Positions 1 to 13,668 are shown, counted from the stretch's first letter. The stretch: 64,000 bases of DNA from Eledone cirrhosa (GCA_964016885.1 OZ024755.1:7998001-8062000); one strand, 5' to 3'. Translations and numbers: made by a program. The notes: a model not told the origin generated them from the sequence alone.

Positions 1-1092
1 TATGTATGTGTGTATATATGTGTATATATATCTGTATATATGTATGTATATATGTGTATATATATCTGTATGTATGTGTGTATAAATGTGTATATATATA
101 TGTATGTATGTATGTATGTGTGTATCTTAATATTCCATTTCTCTCTAGTAGTGAGATGTCTGTACGCCAGATAGAGAAATACTTTCATTAACAAGTCTTC
201 TCTCAAGTGATTTACAATAATCAGTTAACATGACGGTTTTTTGTTGAGATTGCTCACACAGGAGACATTTAATTATTACCCACTAGAGCCGGAGGTTATT
301 ATTCAAAAAATATTATTATCTCAACAACAGTTGTTAATTGCTTTATATTGCTGTTAGTTTTACAATTTCTACTTGATATGTTGTCGCCTGTTGCTATTGC
401 ATCTCATAAGATTGGAAAGGTCTTCCATCGGTTTCGACGTTCAGTCTTCCAAATTTTTTTTCAATTTACAAAACAGCCAGCTCGTGAAATTAATGATATA
501 AATGACAGAGTTTTCCAAAGAGACGTGTAACCTTTCTCAATTTTTCTCTCACACACTGTCACACTTTCTTCGTGTTCAGACCTGAACAGTGATGACCTCC
601 ACCAAATTTAAATACCCACGTCGGTTCCCCTATGATTATATCAGAAGTTAGGAGTCCATGATTGGATATAAAAAGCTAAGCAGCCTTCGTTGTTGTTGAT
701 TTTTGGAGGGGCTGTTTGTTTGTTTGTTTATGTTCTCTATATGAGTCGTTAATTCGAAGGTGGGTAAGATATAAAATAAGAGAAGCTGTCGATGGATGGA
801 ATTTCATCGCACCTTAAAAACACATTTATCTGCTCTTATGTGTAAAGCATTAAATATTTAGTTTAGATTATTTTATTCATTTATTGATCTGAAGTCTTAT
901 TTTGTTGGTATCCACCATCTTGAGAAATGCATCTCCATATGTAGAATATTTTACCGTATGATCTGCAGACGCTATAAAAGTTTACTCCTACTGCTACTAT
1001 AATTGGTCCCCTACCACCACCACCAACAGCAACAGCAACAACAACAACAACAACAACAACACCACCAACAACAACAACAACAACACCAACAC

Positions 1093-1124
<32 letters not shown>

Positions 1125-1571
1125 CAAATCTTTAACGTAAAACTCATATTGCGAAAAATATTTTGTTAATGTATGATGATAGAACTGCTGCACGTCTGTA
1201 GAAAATATATCAATGGGTGGCTCATCGTACACTAATTCCAGATATTAGAGGAAAATCAGATTGGAAATACCCATCAGACGAAATCAATATCTTCAAATGT
1301 TAAATGAGCCTTGAAAATACACAGAAACATAAATTTATTTCTCCGTAAAAACATTAAATGGTTATGATACTATAAACGATGCCAATGCAACTGACATCGA
1401 ATTAACGATGGGATTTGTTTAAATAGAATCGTATTTAAAAAATAAATATAATAAAAGCCAAGCCCAACCTTCGCTGGCATGTCATGTCTGAACTATTAAA
1501 TTTAACCATTCTTCTGTTAAATTGACCAAAACAAATGGATGTAATAAAATCAAAATCAATGTTAATATACG

Positions 1572-1735
1572 GAGACGTAGCCATGCGGTTAAGAAGTGCA
1601 CTTTGTAACCATGTGTTTGCCAGTTCCATCCCAATGCGGGGTACCAGAGGCACTTTGCCTTCTACTATTGCCTCCGATTGGCCAATATCTTATGAGTAGA
1701 ATTGGGTTGATGAAAACTGGACAAACGCTCGTCAT
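1572..1735 (+). mobile_element. Third SINE family ending in (TA)n (copies 26560-26725 and 51055-51200, both minus)
   Basis: tRNA-like head, cttctactat..cctc.g, tgagt.gaatt.ggt.gatg.aaactg and a microsatellite tail. Confidence 0.6.
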
Positions 1736-2804
1736 ATATATATATATATAAATATAAGCTCATCACATATATATATAGATATATATGTGTGTGTGTGGGG
1801 GGGGGGGCTTTGTTTCCTGGCATGAACTGGTACGCGGAGCCTTGTCCATTTATATCAAGAACCGGTAAATTATCTTCCGATAAATACAGATAAAATAATT
1901 ACCAAACTGAAATAAGTAGTAGAGTTAATTTAATGGACTAAAACCATTGTAGATGCCCTGCCTTCTTCCTTCCCTTACTGACGCAACTAGTACTGTGGTG
2001 TAGTCCTATACAAGCAATATCATTGTTGAACAAGAGATAAGCTGATTCTGCTCTTGACGACAAGTGAAATTTATGATGGTAGTTCAATTCTAGCTTGAAG
2101 ATTTTTCAACTTTTATTTAAAACTTTTTATATCAACCCTACTATAACAAGCTTTCGTTCTATGAACTAAACCACTTATTTTAAATGGTTCCTATTGAAAT
2201 TAATTCCAACATAATTTTATATATAAGAACCAAATTTTAATTTACAATCTTAGTAATGAAATAATTACTAATTTTAGTAAATCCCCACAAAATTTCAACT
2301 ACTTGAAATAGAGTGTATTTTATTATAAATACGGTCACGAAAAGGTTAATAATTTAATTTTGTTTTCACGTTTATATCAGAATTTGTGTCTAATGGCGTT
2401 GTCGAGTGTCAATATTCAACAAAACAGTCTCTGGTTCTCTGGATTTTAAAGGAGAAAGAAATGGATAGAGAGAGAGGAAGGGATATGAGGTAGGGAGACA
2501 GGGAGGGGGAAGAAGTAGAGAAAAGGATCAGAAAAGAGAGGGAGGTGGAGAAAGAGAAAGAGGTAGAGAGGGAGGAATAGAGGGTGTTATAGTTAAAAGA
2601 TAACTGGATGCATCTAACTGGATGCATCGTTTTCTAGTTTGATGTTTTTATTTTCGACTACAAAAACATGAAATACAAATTTTACTTGGTCAAGATTAGA
2701 GTTTAGAGGGCAGAAACTGGAATGAATAGCACAAATGTTCTACCCGATACCTTAATGACTAGGGAACAAACTATCATAGTAATGGAATGAACCTCCGTCG
2801 TTTA

Positions 2805-3358
2805 CACTAAAATCTAAATGACCAGGTAAATCACACACTAAAGTGTAAATAACCAGATAGACCACATACTGAACTGTAAATAACCAGGTAGACCACACAC
2901 TGAACTACAAATGACGAGGTATATTGCACATTAATATGTAAATGACCAAATAGACTACACACTGAACTGTAAATGTCCAGGTAGACCACATACTGAACTG
3001 TAAATAACCAGGTAGACCACACACTAAAGTGTAAATCACTAGGTAGACCAGACACTGAACTGTAAATAACCAGGTATACCAGACAGTAAAGTGTAAATCA
3101 CTAGGTAGACCACACACTGAACTGTAAATAACCAGCTAGACCACACACTAATGCGTAAATCACCAAGTAGACCACACACTGAACTGTAAATAACCTGGTA
3201 GACCACATACTAAAATGTACAGGTAGACCACACTCTAAAGTGTAGATCATCATATAAACCAGACACTGAAATGTAAATAACCATATAAAGCACAAACTAA
3301 ACAGTAAATGACCAGGTAGACCACACCCTAAAATATGCAGGTAAACTACACTCTAAAG
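2805..3358. repeat. Minisatellite, 31-bp unit (about 17 copies) with alternating variants
   Basis: Unit gtaaataaccaggtagaccacacact(gaact|aaagt); e.g. units start at 2845 and 2876. Confidence 0.9.
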
Positions 3359-3917
3359 GGGCACCAGATTTTGTCAGACGCTGTAACAATGCTACCAATC
3401 CCCACCTTTCTGTTCACTATCATAATGACAATTATTATTATATCTAAACAGTTGTTGGTCTCCTCATGCCATAACGCCATAACATAAAACCTGTTTCCCG
3501 TTTCCAAAATATATTGTCACAGATCTTAAAAATAAATTATCACCAGCTGCAGGAATGTAATTACAGAAGAACTACCTCTGGGTATAATTATTACAGCAGT
3601 TAACAAGTTGGCATATCAACTAATTCCACTTGGTTGCTTATTAATAGACAGGAATGACAATCGATAGAGCGAAACACTTCTCAATTTATTACATCTAAAT
3701 ATCACCTCTTTATAGTTGCTGACAGCAGAAATAATCCGAGTAACAGATAGAGAAATTCAGTTAACAAACAAACATAAACTTAAGCAAAAATGGCGAAGGA
3801 GGTGTTCGACTGTGAATTGCGGAAAGATATTTCAACGTACTTAATTTATTACAAATTATCTTCTTTCTTTCATTTTTTTTCTTTCACTTATATCTTACTC
3901 TATTTCGTTCTTCTACG

Positions 3918-4162
3918 TCATCATCACCACCACCACCACCACCACCACCACTACCACCATTATCATCATCATCATCATCATCGTCGTCGTCGTCGTATTC
4001 GTCGTCATCGTCGTTATCATCACACCATCATCGTTATTATCACCACTGTCGCCATCATCATCGTCGTTATCATCACCGCCATCATCATCATCGTCACCAT
4101 CTTGTTCGTCATCGTCATCATCATCATCATCATCATTGTCGTCGTCGTCGTCGTCGTCATCA

Positions 4163-4218
<56 letters not shown>

Positions 4219-4225
4219 ACCACCT
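3918..4225. repeat. Compound trinucleotide array (CAC/CAT/CGT/CGC)
   Basis: Direct reading; source of the poly-H/V/A/D ORFs. Confidence 0.95.
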
Positions 4226-5625
4226 TCTACACATTGACGGTGTTGCCGTTGCCGCAATCATGATTATTCATATATTTTCGTTCTTTTTGTTATAAAATAT
4301 GACTGCTACTCTAGATTCTAGAATAAAACCTGCGGAGATAATGGCTTATAACTTAGGCACAAGCCACTTTAACAATTTTGCCAATCCAACACTTGGTACT
4401 GGTAGATTCTCCGTCGGTTTCGACGATGAACATACGGTTGTTCAATCAACTTAATGTCCGGTTCGCTGAATTATAGCATTTCCCTTTCCTTCTGACGAAC
4501 CCATACAAGAAACGAATATATTTTAAGAACTCATAAAGATAACTTAGGAGAAAGGTCAACTTTGTCTTTCATGCTTCGAGTTCAATAAATAAATATTAGT
4601 CCAGAATGATTGATTCATGGGATTGCTAGAGCATCAGATGAGTAGTTTGGCAGCATTCGTTCCAACTCTTTGAACCTTTAGTTCAAATCCCATTGAGGTC
4701 AGCTTTCGTTTTCATCCATTCGGGGCTGGAATACCAGATAACGTACCAGTCTAGGGTGGGGTTGATTGGTGAAATTGGTAGAGCGTCACTCTAGAAGCTG
4801 TATGGCATGTGTTCCTCTTGTTTGCGTTGTGAGCTCAAATCAAGTAGTCTTACTTGATTGGTAGACTTATTCCGACGATCAGTTTAACCCTAGCACATGA
4901 GCCTTGATTGTCTTTAGCCGAATCCACTCTGTTGCAATTATTCAGGCTCGGTTGACCGATTGACTGAATGCTCACCGTCGATTCTGACGGAAGATCAATC
5001 ATCATCTTCGTTTACCTTCTCTCCATAACCATATCTAATCGTTTGTATTTGTTTCCATCAATATTTGTTTTTATTATCAGCCAGAAGAGGCAAAAATCAC
5101 GACTATGTTCCATTCCTGATTCAATTTTGACACAGACATTAAATCAACGAAGTAATAGGTTTAGTCAGATTCTTGCACCGAAACACTGATTCTAGTCTAA
5201 ATTCTCGTCATTGATTAAGTGAACTGAGATTTTTTCTAGACAAGTGTTGTTTCCGAAACACAATTTACTAAATATGGATGTATTATATTAATGTCAGGAT
5301 TGTGTTATTTATCGGATATTGACAATAGTCTGGCATTAATCCAGGATTTAATAATACCAACCACTTTGGATATTTCTAAGGAAGCTTGGAAACTATTTGT
5401 TTCCTAATAAACTTAGAACTGAAGTTGAGGTGGCAGAGACGTTAGAGCGTCGGACAATGTGTCTTGCGGTGATTGTTTCGGCTCTTTGTGTTATGAGGTC
5501 AAATCTTGCCGAGGTTAACTTTGCAATTCATCCTTTCAATGGAGATAAAATGAATTACTAGTCCAAAGCATTGGGTTGCCAGAATTTTAATCTTTGTGTT
5601 CTGAGTTCAAACCCTGCCACGGCCT

Positions 5626-5739
5626 ACAAGTAAACAACATAGAAGGATAAAAGCAAACCGAAGATAGGAAAATAAACCATGTTGCTTGTTTATTTTCCTA
5701 TCTTCGGCTTGCTTTTATCCTTTTATGTTGTTTACTTGT
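5626..5739. repeat. Hairpin with 52-bp arms and 10-nt loop
   Basis: 5626-5677 is the reverse complement of 5688-5739 with two non-Watson-Crick positions. Confidence 0.9.
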
Positions 5740-5763
5740 CCCCCTCGCCTTACGCGAATTCTG

Positions 5764-5865
5764 GTCCCAATAACTTTTTTTAGTTATTGCTCGCACCAAC
5801 CTGAGGTATCTGATTTCTAATGCGATGAAATACCAATGATGGTTGGAAAATCACTGACGAAGGAC
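5764..5865 (+). ncRNA. Structured RNA motif copy 1, permuted/pseudoknotted hammerhead-like
   Basis: Pairings GTCC/GGAC, CAATAACT/AGTTATTG, TCGCA/TGCGA, CCAACC/GGTTGG, GGTAT/ATACC, TGATTT/AAATCA; core elements CTGACGA 5854-5860, GAAA 5827-5830, ATC triplet 5808-5810. Homologous to 32511-32611. Confidence 0.55.
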
Positions 5866-5920
5866 TATTTGTATCATATGTAACCCATGTGCAAACCACG
5901 CAGTATTCTTCTTTCTTCTC

Positions 5921-6011
<91 letters not shown>

Positions 6012-6258
6012 GTATAAGTATATAACGATTAATTTAGAAAGAGAAAGACAAATAGGAAAGAATTAAAAAATATATGCGTTTACGGGAATAAGATTTTATG
6101 TTAACCAACAATATATATATATATACATACATACAAGCATACGTATATGTGTGTGTGTGTATATATACATATATATATGTATATATATACATATACGTAT
6201 GTATATATCTATGATACATATATATATAATATACTATAATATATATATAATATACTAT

Positions 6259-6293
<35 letters not shown>

Positions 6294-6679
6294 TTAACAG
6301 AAAATGTTTGAGGGAAAGAGTTAGAAATAGATTATTCACCTATTCTATTAAAGCACCATCAAATTATGCATTAATATAATCTTTTTTTGCCGAAGGTGTA
6401 ATCTTTCCCCAGCAGCCACCATTTTAAGTTGTGTGTTTGTGAGTTCCAACTACATGAAAACCTAACGAACCATCAGAAAACCAGTGAGCCGGCCTAACAT
6501 TTTAGATTAGCCTCCGGGCAACGTAGTGACTTATCAAAGAAATATTATGAACAGAAAAAAGGGAACTGGAATTGGTATTAGCAAAAATGGTAGCGTGCCA
6601 GAATTTACTCACAACTCTTTGCGTTCTGAGTTCGAATTTCATCAAGATCGTGTTAGTAACTCATTCTTAGTGGATTAAT

Positions 6680-7005
6680 AATTCTTTCTACTTTTGGCAC
6701 AAGTCCATTAATTTGAAGGAAAAATGTGAAAGTCGATTAAATAGACCCTATTGCTTTACTGGTACTTTATTTTGTCGACCCCGTAATAATGGTTTCTTAT
6801 ATAGGCACAATTCCAGCAATTTTGGGGAAGGGAAAGTCGATTAAATCGACCCCAGTGCGTAACTGGCACTTTATTTTATCGACCCTGTAAGGATGCAAGG
6901 CAAAGTTAACCTCAGCGGGATTTGAACTCAGATCATAAAGGGTCATAACTATATGCCGCAAAGCATGTGGTCCGAGGTTCTAACGAAACTCCCAAACCAC
7001 CGTCC
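6680..7005 (-). mobile_element. SINEs of the same family (other copies about 4680, 5430-5570, 25000-25170, 31800-32050, 41170-41420, 43430-43612, 53173-53287, 56520-56730, 61840-61990)
   Basis: Same core sequence as 30515-31510, in either orientation. Confidence 0.75.
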
Positions 7006-7339
7006 TTTTAGTGGGTTAGTAATAGTAAATAACAATGGCTCTTATTCGCAATCGAGTATGACTTGGTAGTCTCTACTGTGCTTCCACTAAACGTTTCATG
7101 TGCTTATGGAGTTTTGAGCAGACACAGAGACCATCTTAATATTTCCTCGCTTGATTCATCAGAATATCATATACAACATATACAAGCTTATACAACATGT
7201 TTAATTATAATAAACATATACAAGTCTTGCTGTGGGTATTTTACGAGTATCAGCTGAAACGTTCATAGGATGACTGTGAAGGAGTGATGCTAGAGCTGTG
7301 AAATCTCACATGCATTAATTTCAACTATTCTTATTAATA

Positions 7340-7622
7340 ACTGCATTGTTTCTTTCCAAGAACTATGTTGAAAAAATAAACCTCATTTGTTCATGAAATC
7401 AAAGTCATCCCCAACGTCATAGGAGCACTTGGTACTATCTCGAAAAGTTTCCAAGGCTGGCTAAAGACCTTTAGCCCAGGCACCTTTTTTTGGAAACAGC
7501 AAGGACCCTCAGATACGTACTGAATATCTGAGGCTGCGGGTAGCAGCTTGAGGTTCATTTGGGTACATTTTCCGGTTAAATAACATCAGTGAGATACCAA
7601 ATTCATAATAATAACAATAATA
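7340..7622 (+). mobile_element. 3' remnant of an RLE-type (R4-like) non-LTR retrotransposon
   Basis: VIPNVIGALGTISK...ETARTLRYVL* followed by an (AAT)n-like tail. Confidence 0.55.
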
Positions 7623-8347
7623 TATGTGCGGGCTGTGATATTTTTATGGAGAGAGAGAGAGAGATAAATGGATGCTAATAAAATTAATGAGGTAAAAACG
7701 ATGTAAGAACTCATGTGTACCTACGCATTGAAATATTGTCACAGAGACAGAAAAATGTTTGAAGAGGACATTTTTAATAAATATTCTACGCGAAAAGGAT
7801 ATTTACAAATATTTATGAAATTACGGAATAAATGAAAATATAAATATAATTTAAAAAATATATATAATCAAAAGGAAAAGAAAAAATATAGAGATGAAAA
7901 AGAAATTTAAAAGATTTATTTTGTTACAGGAAAAATAAATAAAGTTTTTGAAATTGTGTAATTGCATGATTCATTGAGTTATAGTGGCAGAAAAGAGAAA
8001 ATATGAAAACATCTGAAGAATTAAAATGGCTGCTTTAGAAAAGAGATGAGAGACTGGGAGGAAAAATATTAGTTATCTCTTGCGATAAAAGATTGAAATT
8101 TAAAGGGAGGTAATAGAACGAATGAACTCGCATGAATATTGAATTTAGGAAACATGCTAGGAATCAAAATACTTCGGTTATTATATCATGGAGAATCAAA
8201 ATTCTACTACTCCGTCATGGAGAAAATCTGAAGATATATGGGATTCATAGAAAGACAGTTTCGTATGAATGGCTTCATTGCGCTACATAGGAGAAACAAT
8301 GTTTTCTTTTCTATTTATGTGTATTTGTGTCTATGTGTGTGTGTGTG

Positions 8348-8445
<98 letters not shown>

Positions 8446-8834
8446 GGGAGGTGTGTGTGCGTGTGTGTGTATGTGTGTGTATATATACATATATATGTAT
8501 ATATGCCTGTATGAAAATATGTCCATTGATATATACTATATTTGTTTGTTTACATAATTTATGCATGAATACGCGTGAATCTACCCCCCCCCCCATATAT
8601 ATATATATATATACATACATACACATGTGTGTGTGTATAAGTGTATATACATATATACACACAACATCTATGCATATTCATTATGTTCACAATACATACG
8701 AATTTAAACTAAATATATTAATATATACATATACAGTATATATATATATATATATATATATAAACGCACACACCTCAATATAATGTGCACACCCACACAT
8801 ACACACACATGTGTATATATCCACACCATAGTTT

Positions 8835-9725
8835 TCTCTCGGAACAACCATTCCCTTATCTCGGAACAATCATACTCTTAACTCGAAACAACTCTTCCTT
8901 TAACTCTGAACAGTTATAAGCTTAACTCGGAACAACCATTCACTTAACTCGGAACAGTCATAAACTTAACTCTGAAAACCATTCTTTTAACTCTGAACAG
9001 TTATAAGCTTAACTCGGAACAACCATTCACTTAACTCGGAACAGTCATAAACTTAACTCTGAAAACCATTCTTTTAACTCTGAACAGTTATAAGCTTAAC
9101 TCGGAACAACCATTCACTTAACTCGGAACAGTCATAAACTTAACTCTGAACAACCATTCTTTTAACTCTGAACAGTTATAAGCTTAACTCGGAACAACCA
9201 TTCACTTAACTCGGAACAGTCATAAACTTAACTCTGAACAACCATTCTTTTAACTCTGAACAGTCATAAGCTTAACTCGGAACAACCATTCACTTAACTC
9301 GGAACAGTCATAAACTTAACTCTGAACAACCATTCTTTTAACTCTGAACAGTCATAAGCTTAACTCGGAACAACCATTCACTTAACTCGGAACAGTCATA
9401 AACTTAACTCTGAACAACCATTCTTTTAACTCTGAACAGTCATAAGCTTAACTCGGAACAACCATTCACTTAACTCGGAACAGTCATAAACTTAACTCTG
9501 AACAACCATTCTTTTAACTCGGAACAGTCATACTCTTAACTCGGAACAACCATTCACTTAACTCGGAACAGTCATAAACTTAACTCTGAACAACCATTCT
9601 TTTAACTCGGAACAGTCATACTCTTAACTCGGGACAACAATTCACTTAACTCGGAACAGTCATACTCTTAACTCGGAACAAAAATTCACTTAACTCGGAA
9701 CAGCCATAAACTTAACTCGGAACCA
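8835..9725. repeat. Minisatellite, 22-bp monomer (about 40 copies) with 87/88-bp higher-order tetramer
   Basis: cttaactcggaacaaccattca / cttaactcggaacagtcataaa / cttaactctgaacaaccattct / tttaactctgaacagtcataag; tetramer starts at 8921, 9008, 9095, 9183, 9271, 9359, 9447. Confidence 0.95.
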
Positions 9726-9816
9726 CTATTCGCAGAAGCCCTTTTTGTATTTCTATCATTGAGCTTGTGCTGTATATTAGTCATTTCTCTTCATTCTCAT
9801 CTTTCTTTGCCTTTCG

Positions 9817-10030
9817 CTGTTGTTGTTGTTGTTGTTGCTGCTGCTGTTCTTGTTACTGTTGTTGTTCTTGTTACTGCTGTTGTTCTTGTTGTTGCTACTG
9901 TTGCTACTGTTACTGATGTTAGGGCAGTTACTATTATATTTGCTGTTGTTGTGGTTGTTGTCCTTGCTGTTGCTGCTGTTGAGGTTGCTGTTGGCTGTAG
10001 TTATTTTTGTTGTTGTTGTTGCTGTTGTCG
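9817..10030. repeat. (GTT/GCT)n degenerate trinucleotide array
   Basis: Direct reading. Confidence 0.9.
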
Positions 10031-10032
10031 TT

Positions 10033-10640
10033 GTGTATGTATGTGTATGCGTGTGTATGGTTGTGTGGCTATATGTGTAGCTATGGTTATGTATGTGTAT
10101 GTTTGTGGGTGTGTATATATGTGTATGCGTGTGTATGGTTGTGTGGCTACATATGTAGCTATGGTTATGTATGTGTATGTTTGTGGGTGTGTATGTATGT
10201 GTATGGGTGAGTATGTATGTGTATGCGTGTGTATGGTTGTGTGGCTATATGTGTATTTTTTTTTGAGATTGTGGTTGTGTATGTGTATGCGTGTGTATGG
10301 TAGTGTGGCTATATATGTAGCTATTGTTATGTATGTGTATGTTTGTGGGTGGGTATGTATGTGTATGGGTGTGTATGTATGTGTATGCGTATGTATGGCT
10401 GTGTGGCTATATATGTATCTATGGTTATGTATGTGTATGTTTGTGGGTGGGTATGTATGTGTATGGGTGTGTATGTATGTGTGTGCGTATGTATGGTTGT
10501 GTGGCTATATATGTATCTATGGTTATGTATGTGTATGTTTTATGGGTGGGTATGTATGTGTATGGGTGTGTATGTATGTGTATGCGTGTGTATGGTTGTG
10601 TGGCTATATATGTAGCTATGGTTATGTATGTGTATGTACG
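10033..10640. repeat. Compound (GT/AT)-microsatellite-derived minisatellite, about 80-100-bp unit
   Basis: Recurrent gtgtatggttgtgtggctatat..gtagctatggttatgtatgtgtatgtttgtggg block. Confidence 0.8.
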
Positions 10641-10849
10641 TACTTTTTTGTTTCTTTTAAGGAGAAGCATGTAGGGTAAAGCAGGGGCAACGAGCCATAT
10701 GAGCCACACGTTGGAGAGTATGCATCACGTGGTACTTGTACGCCGAGAAATTATTCCTCTAATTCATCTTTTTGCGACGAAAATTTAATTAGTTCTTCCG
10801 CTTTCGCAATAAAACTAACAGGGAAAAAGGGATATGGAGGGGACAAGAC

Positions 10850-11700
10850 GTGGTGGTGGTGGTGGGAGTATAGGGGTGTTGGTGGTGGTGATGATGGTGG
10901 TGGTGGTGGTGGTGATGGTGGTGGTGATGGTGGTGGTGATGGTGGCGGTTTTGATGGTGGTGGTGGTGGTGGGAGTATAGGGGTGTTGGTGGTGGTGATG
11001 ATGGTGGTGGTGGTGGAGTGTTGGTGGTGGTGGTGTTGGTGGTGGTGGTGGTGGTGGTGGTGGTGGTGGTGGTGGTGGTGGTGGTATTGGGGTGTTGGTG
11101 GTGGTGGTGTTGGTGGTGGTGGTGGTGGTGGTTGTTGTGGTGGTGGTGGTGGTATTGGGGTGTTGGTGATGGTGGTGGTGGTGGTGGTGATACTGGTGGT
11201 GATGGTGGCGGTGGTGGTGGTAATGGTGGGAGTATTGGGGGTTGGTGGTGGTGGTGCTGCTGCTGCTGGTGGGAGTATGGGGGGGAGTATAGAGGGGTTG
11301 GTGATGGCGGCGGTGGTGGTGGTGGGTATTGGGTGGGCTGAAGCGGTAAGGTGGATGTGGGGGGCGGGGTTTAATGGGCGGGCTGGTGGTGGTGAGGTAT
11401 GGGGGGGGTATTTGGAGCATGATGGTGGGGGCTGGGATGTGTTGGGTAAGTGTGGCAGTGGTGGGAGTTAAGATGAATGTGGTGGTGGTAGTGGTAATGG
11501 TGATGATGGTTGTGGTGATGGTGGTGGTATGTTGGTAGTGGTGGTGGCGGCAGTGGTGATGGTGGTGGGAATAGTGGTGGCTGTATGATGGTGGTATTGT
11601 GGTGGTGGTGGTGATGGGGATGGAATGGTGAAGATGGTGGTGGTATGATGATAGTGGTATATTACTGTAGGTAGTAGTGTTGGTGGTACTGGTGGTGATG

Positions 11701-11742
<42 letters not shown>

Positions 11743-11792
11743 ATAGTAGTAGTAGCAGCAGCAGCAGTAGCAGTAGCAGTAGTAGTAGTAAC

Positions 11793-11851
<59 letters not shown>

Positions 11852-11903
11852 CAACAGTAGCAGCAGTAGTAGTAGTAACAGCAGCAGCAGCAGTAGTAGC
11901 AGT

Positions 11904-11955
<52 letters not shown>
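10850..11955. repeat. (GGT)n degenerate array grading into (GTA/GCA)n
   Basis: Direct reading; about 850 bp GGT-rich, then about 250 bp GTA/GCA. Confidence 0.95.
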
Positions 11956-12649
11956 TATGAGGGTGAGGTTTGGTTTACTAGATATTCGGCTTAGCCACAC
12001 AACACTGATAAGATTAGTCGCGTGGTTTGTTTCGAAAAGCAATCAAAAGAAGCGAGGCAACAGAGGGTATCGTAAGAAGTGTCTGTATACCAAAGTAAGA
12101 GTCGATAGTTCTGTGTTCACAGTTGTGCAAAATGTTATTAACTGCTTGAAAAATTTGATCTTGTTTAGACATATTGTTTTCTATATGAAAAACAATTAAG
12201 AAGGAAAAAGTACAACAAACTTGTAAACGCTTCTACCTAAAAGCTGGATTGAGAGCTGACCAAAAGACGACCAACTTCTAAACGAATCTCAACCAATCTT
12301 ATTTTGAAGTTTTCGGGGGTATTTTTGTTTGGTTTTGTGGGGTTTTAGTTATTTATTTTTTATTTTGGGGGGGGAGAGGGAGGGGGTCCATTCATTCTTT
12401 TTATCTTTCTTTTCTTTCCTCCTTGGTTGCTTCCTAGCTTTCTTTTCGTTTTTTTTTTATCCTCCATTTTGTTTCACGCTTACTATCTTTCTTTCGTTCT
12501 TTTTTCTTTCTTTCTTTCTAGCTTTCTTTCTTTCTTTCTATTTATCCTTCATTTCATTGCACGCTCTCTCCCCCTCTTCTGTCTTCCTCTCTTTCTGTCT
12601 CTGTTTTTTTTCTTTTACCATTTCTCCCTTTATATACACATATATATAT

Positions 12650-12707
<58 letters not shown>

Positions 12708-12834
12708 CTTCGACTTCAACTATGTTTTTCTTTGTGTTTTGTTCTTTTCTTTTTCTTTTTTACTTTTTCCTCCTTTTTCGGTCTGTCGGTATTGTTGTAT
12801 GTACGTATGTATATATACGTGTGTGTGCGTCTGA

Positions 12835-12867
<33 letters not shown>

Positions 12868-12912
12868 CACATGCGTGTGTGTGCATAAACATGTGTATGT
12901 ATGTATTTATAC

Positions 12913-12944
<32 letters not shown>

Positions 12945-12980
12945 GCGTGTGTGTGCATAAACATGTGTATGTATGTATTT

Positions 12981-13024
<44 letters not shown>

Positions 13025-13121
13025 ATGTGTATATATATGTGTGTATGTATATATATATATATACATATATGTGTATATATATAGACATAGAAACACACAT
13101 TTCACTATCTCTTTCTATCCA

Positions 13122-13166
<45 letters not shown>

Positions 13167-13668
13167 CTCTCTCTCACTCACACTCTCTCTCTCCTATCTA
13201 TCCATTGCTATTTTCTCAGTGATGTAATTTTAGCAAGCATTCTTCCGTGTCATTTAATGAATTCTTCCACCATTTCACCATTTTCTGCTCCTTTATTATC
13301 TCCCTTTCCTTCTGCTCTCCAATGCTCTACCACCTATCCTACAATTTCATTTATTCTAATTCCTTGTTAACTTCTTTGCAACATTAGCAAAGAATCATGT
13401 TGTCCTAATACGATTTCCTTCCGCCAAAATTGTTCCACCTTCAAAATTTCTTTTTTTTCTTAACATCTTCTATATTCATTCTTTCACACTTTCTATCATT
13501 CTTTATTTTCTTTTATTCGTCCTTTAGCTCCACCCCTCCCCCACACCACCCACACCACCCTCCTCCCCAACCCCTCTCTCTCTCTCTTTCACAAGCAAAA
13601 TGTTTGTTTGTTGAGAAGTTAAAGCTGAGGAACTACACAAAACACAGACACACAGACACACACACACT

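Noticed and set aside
190-700. Possible first exon/promoter of a minus-strand gene (TATTTAAA, CCAAT)
   Set aside because: No sustained ORF or clear donor; 420-560 matches a decayed SINE segment also seen at 4411, 19393 and 59990.
3790-4263. 157-aa His/Ile/Val/Ala-rich ORF and its antisense poly-Asp ORF
   Set aside because: Compound trinucleotide array; the apparent TM or acidic segments are repeat artefacts.
5800-5860. Box C/D snoRNA reading of the CTGA / TGATG motifs in the two-copy RNA
   Set aside because: Boxes are not in terminal C...D order, C-like boxes are not conserved between copies, and the internal pairing is too extensive.
8835-9725. CRISPR-like regular repeat
   Set aside because: Contiguous tandem units with no unique spacers, eukaryotic context, no cas genes; the same applies to 2805-3358 and 23643-24520.
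9759-12042. ORFs with poly-V/L/G/W/P/T/H/Y
   Set aside because: Trinucleotide and compound repeats open in all frames; no splice or domain evidence.
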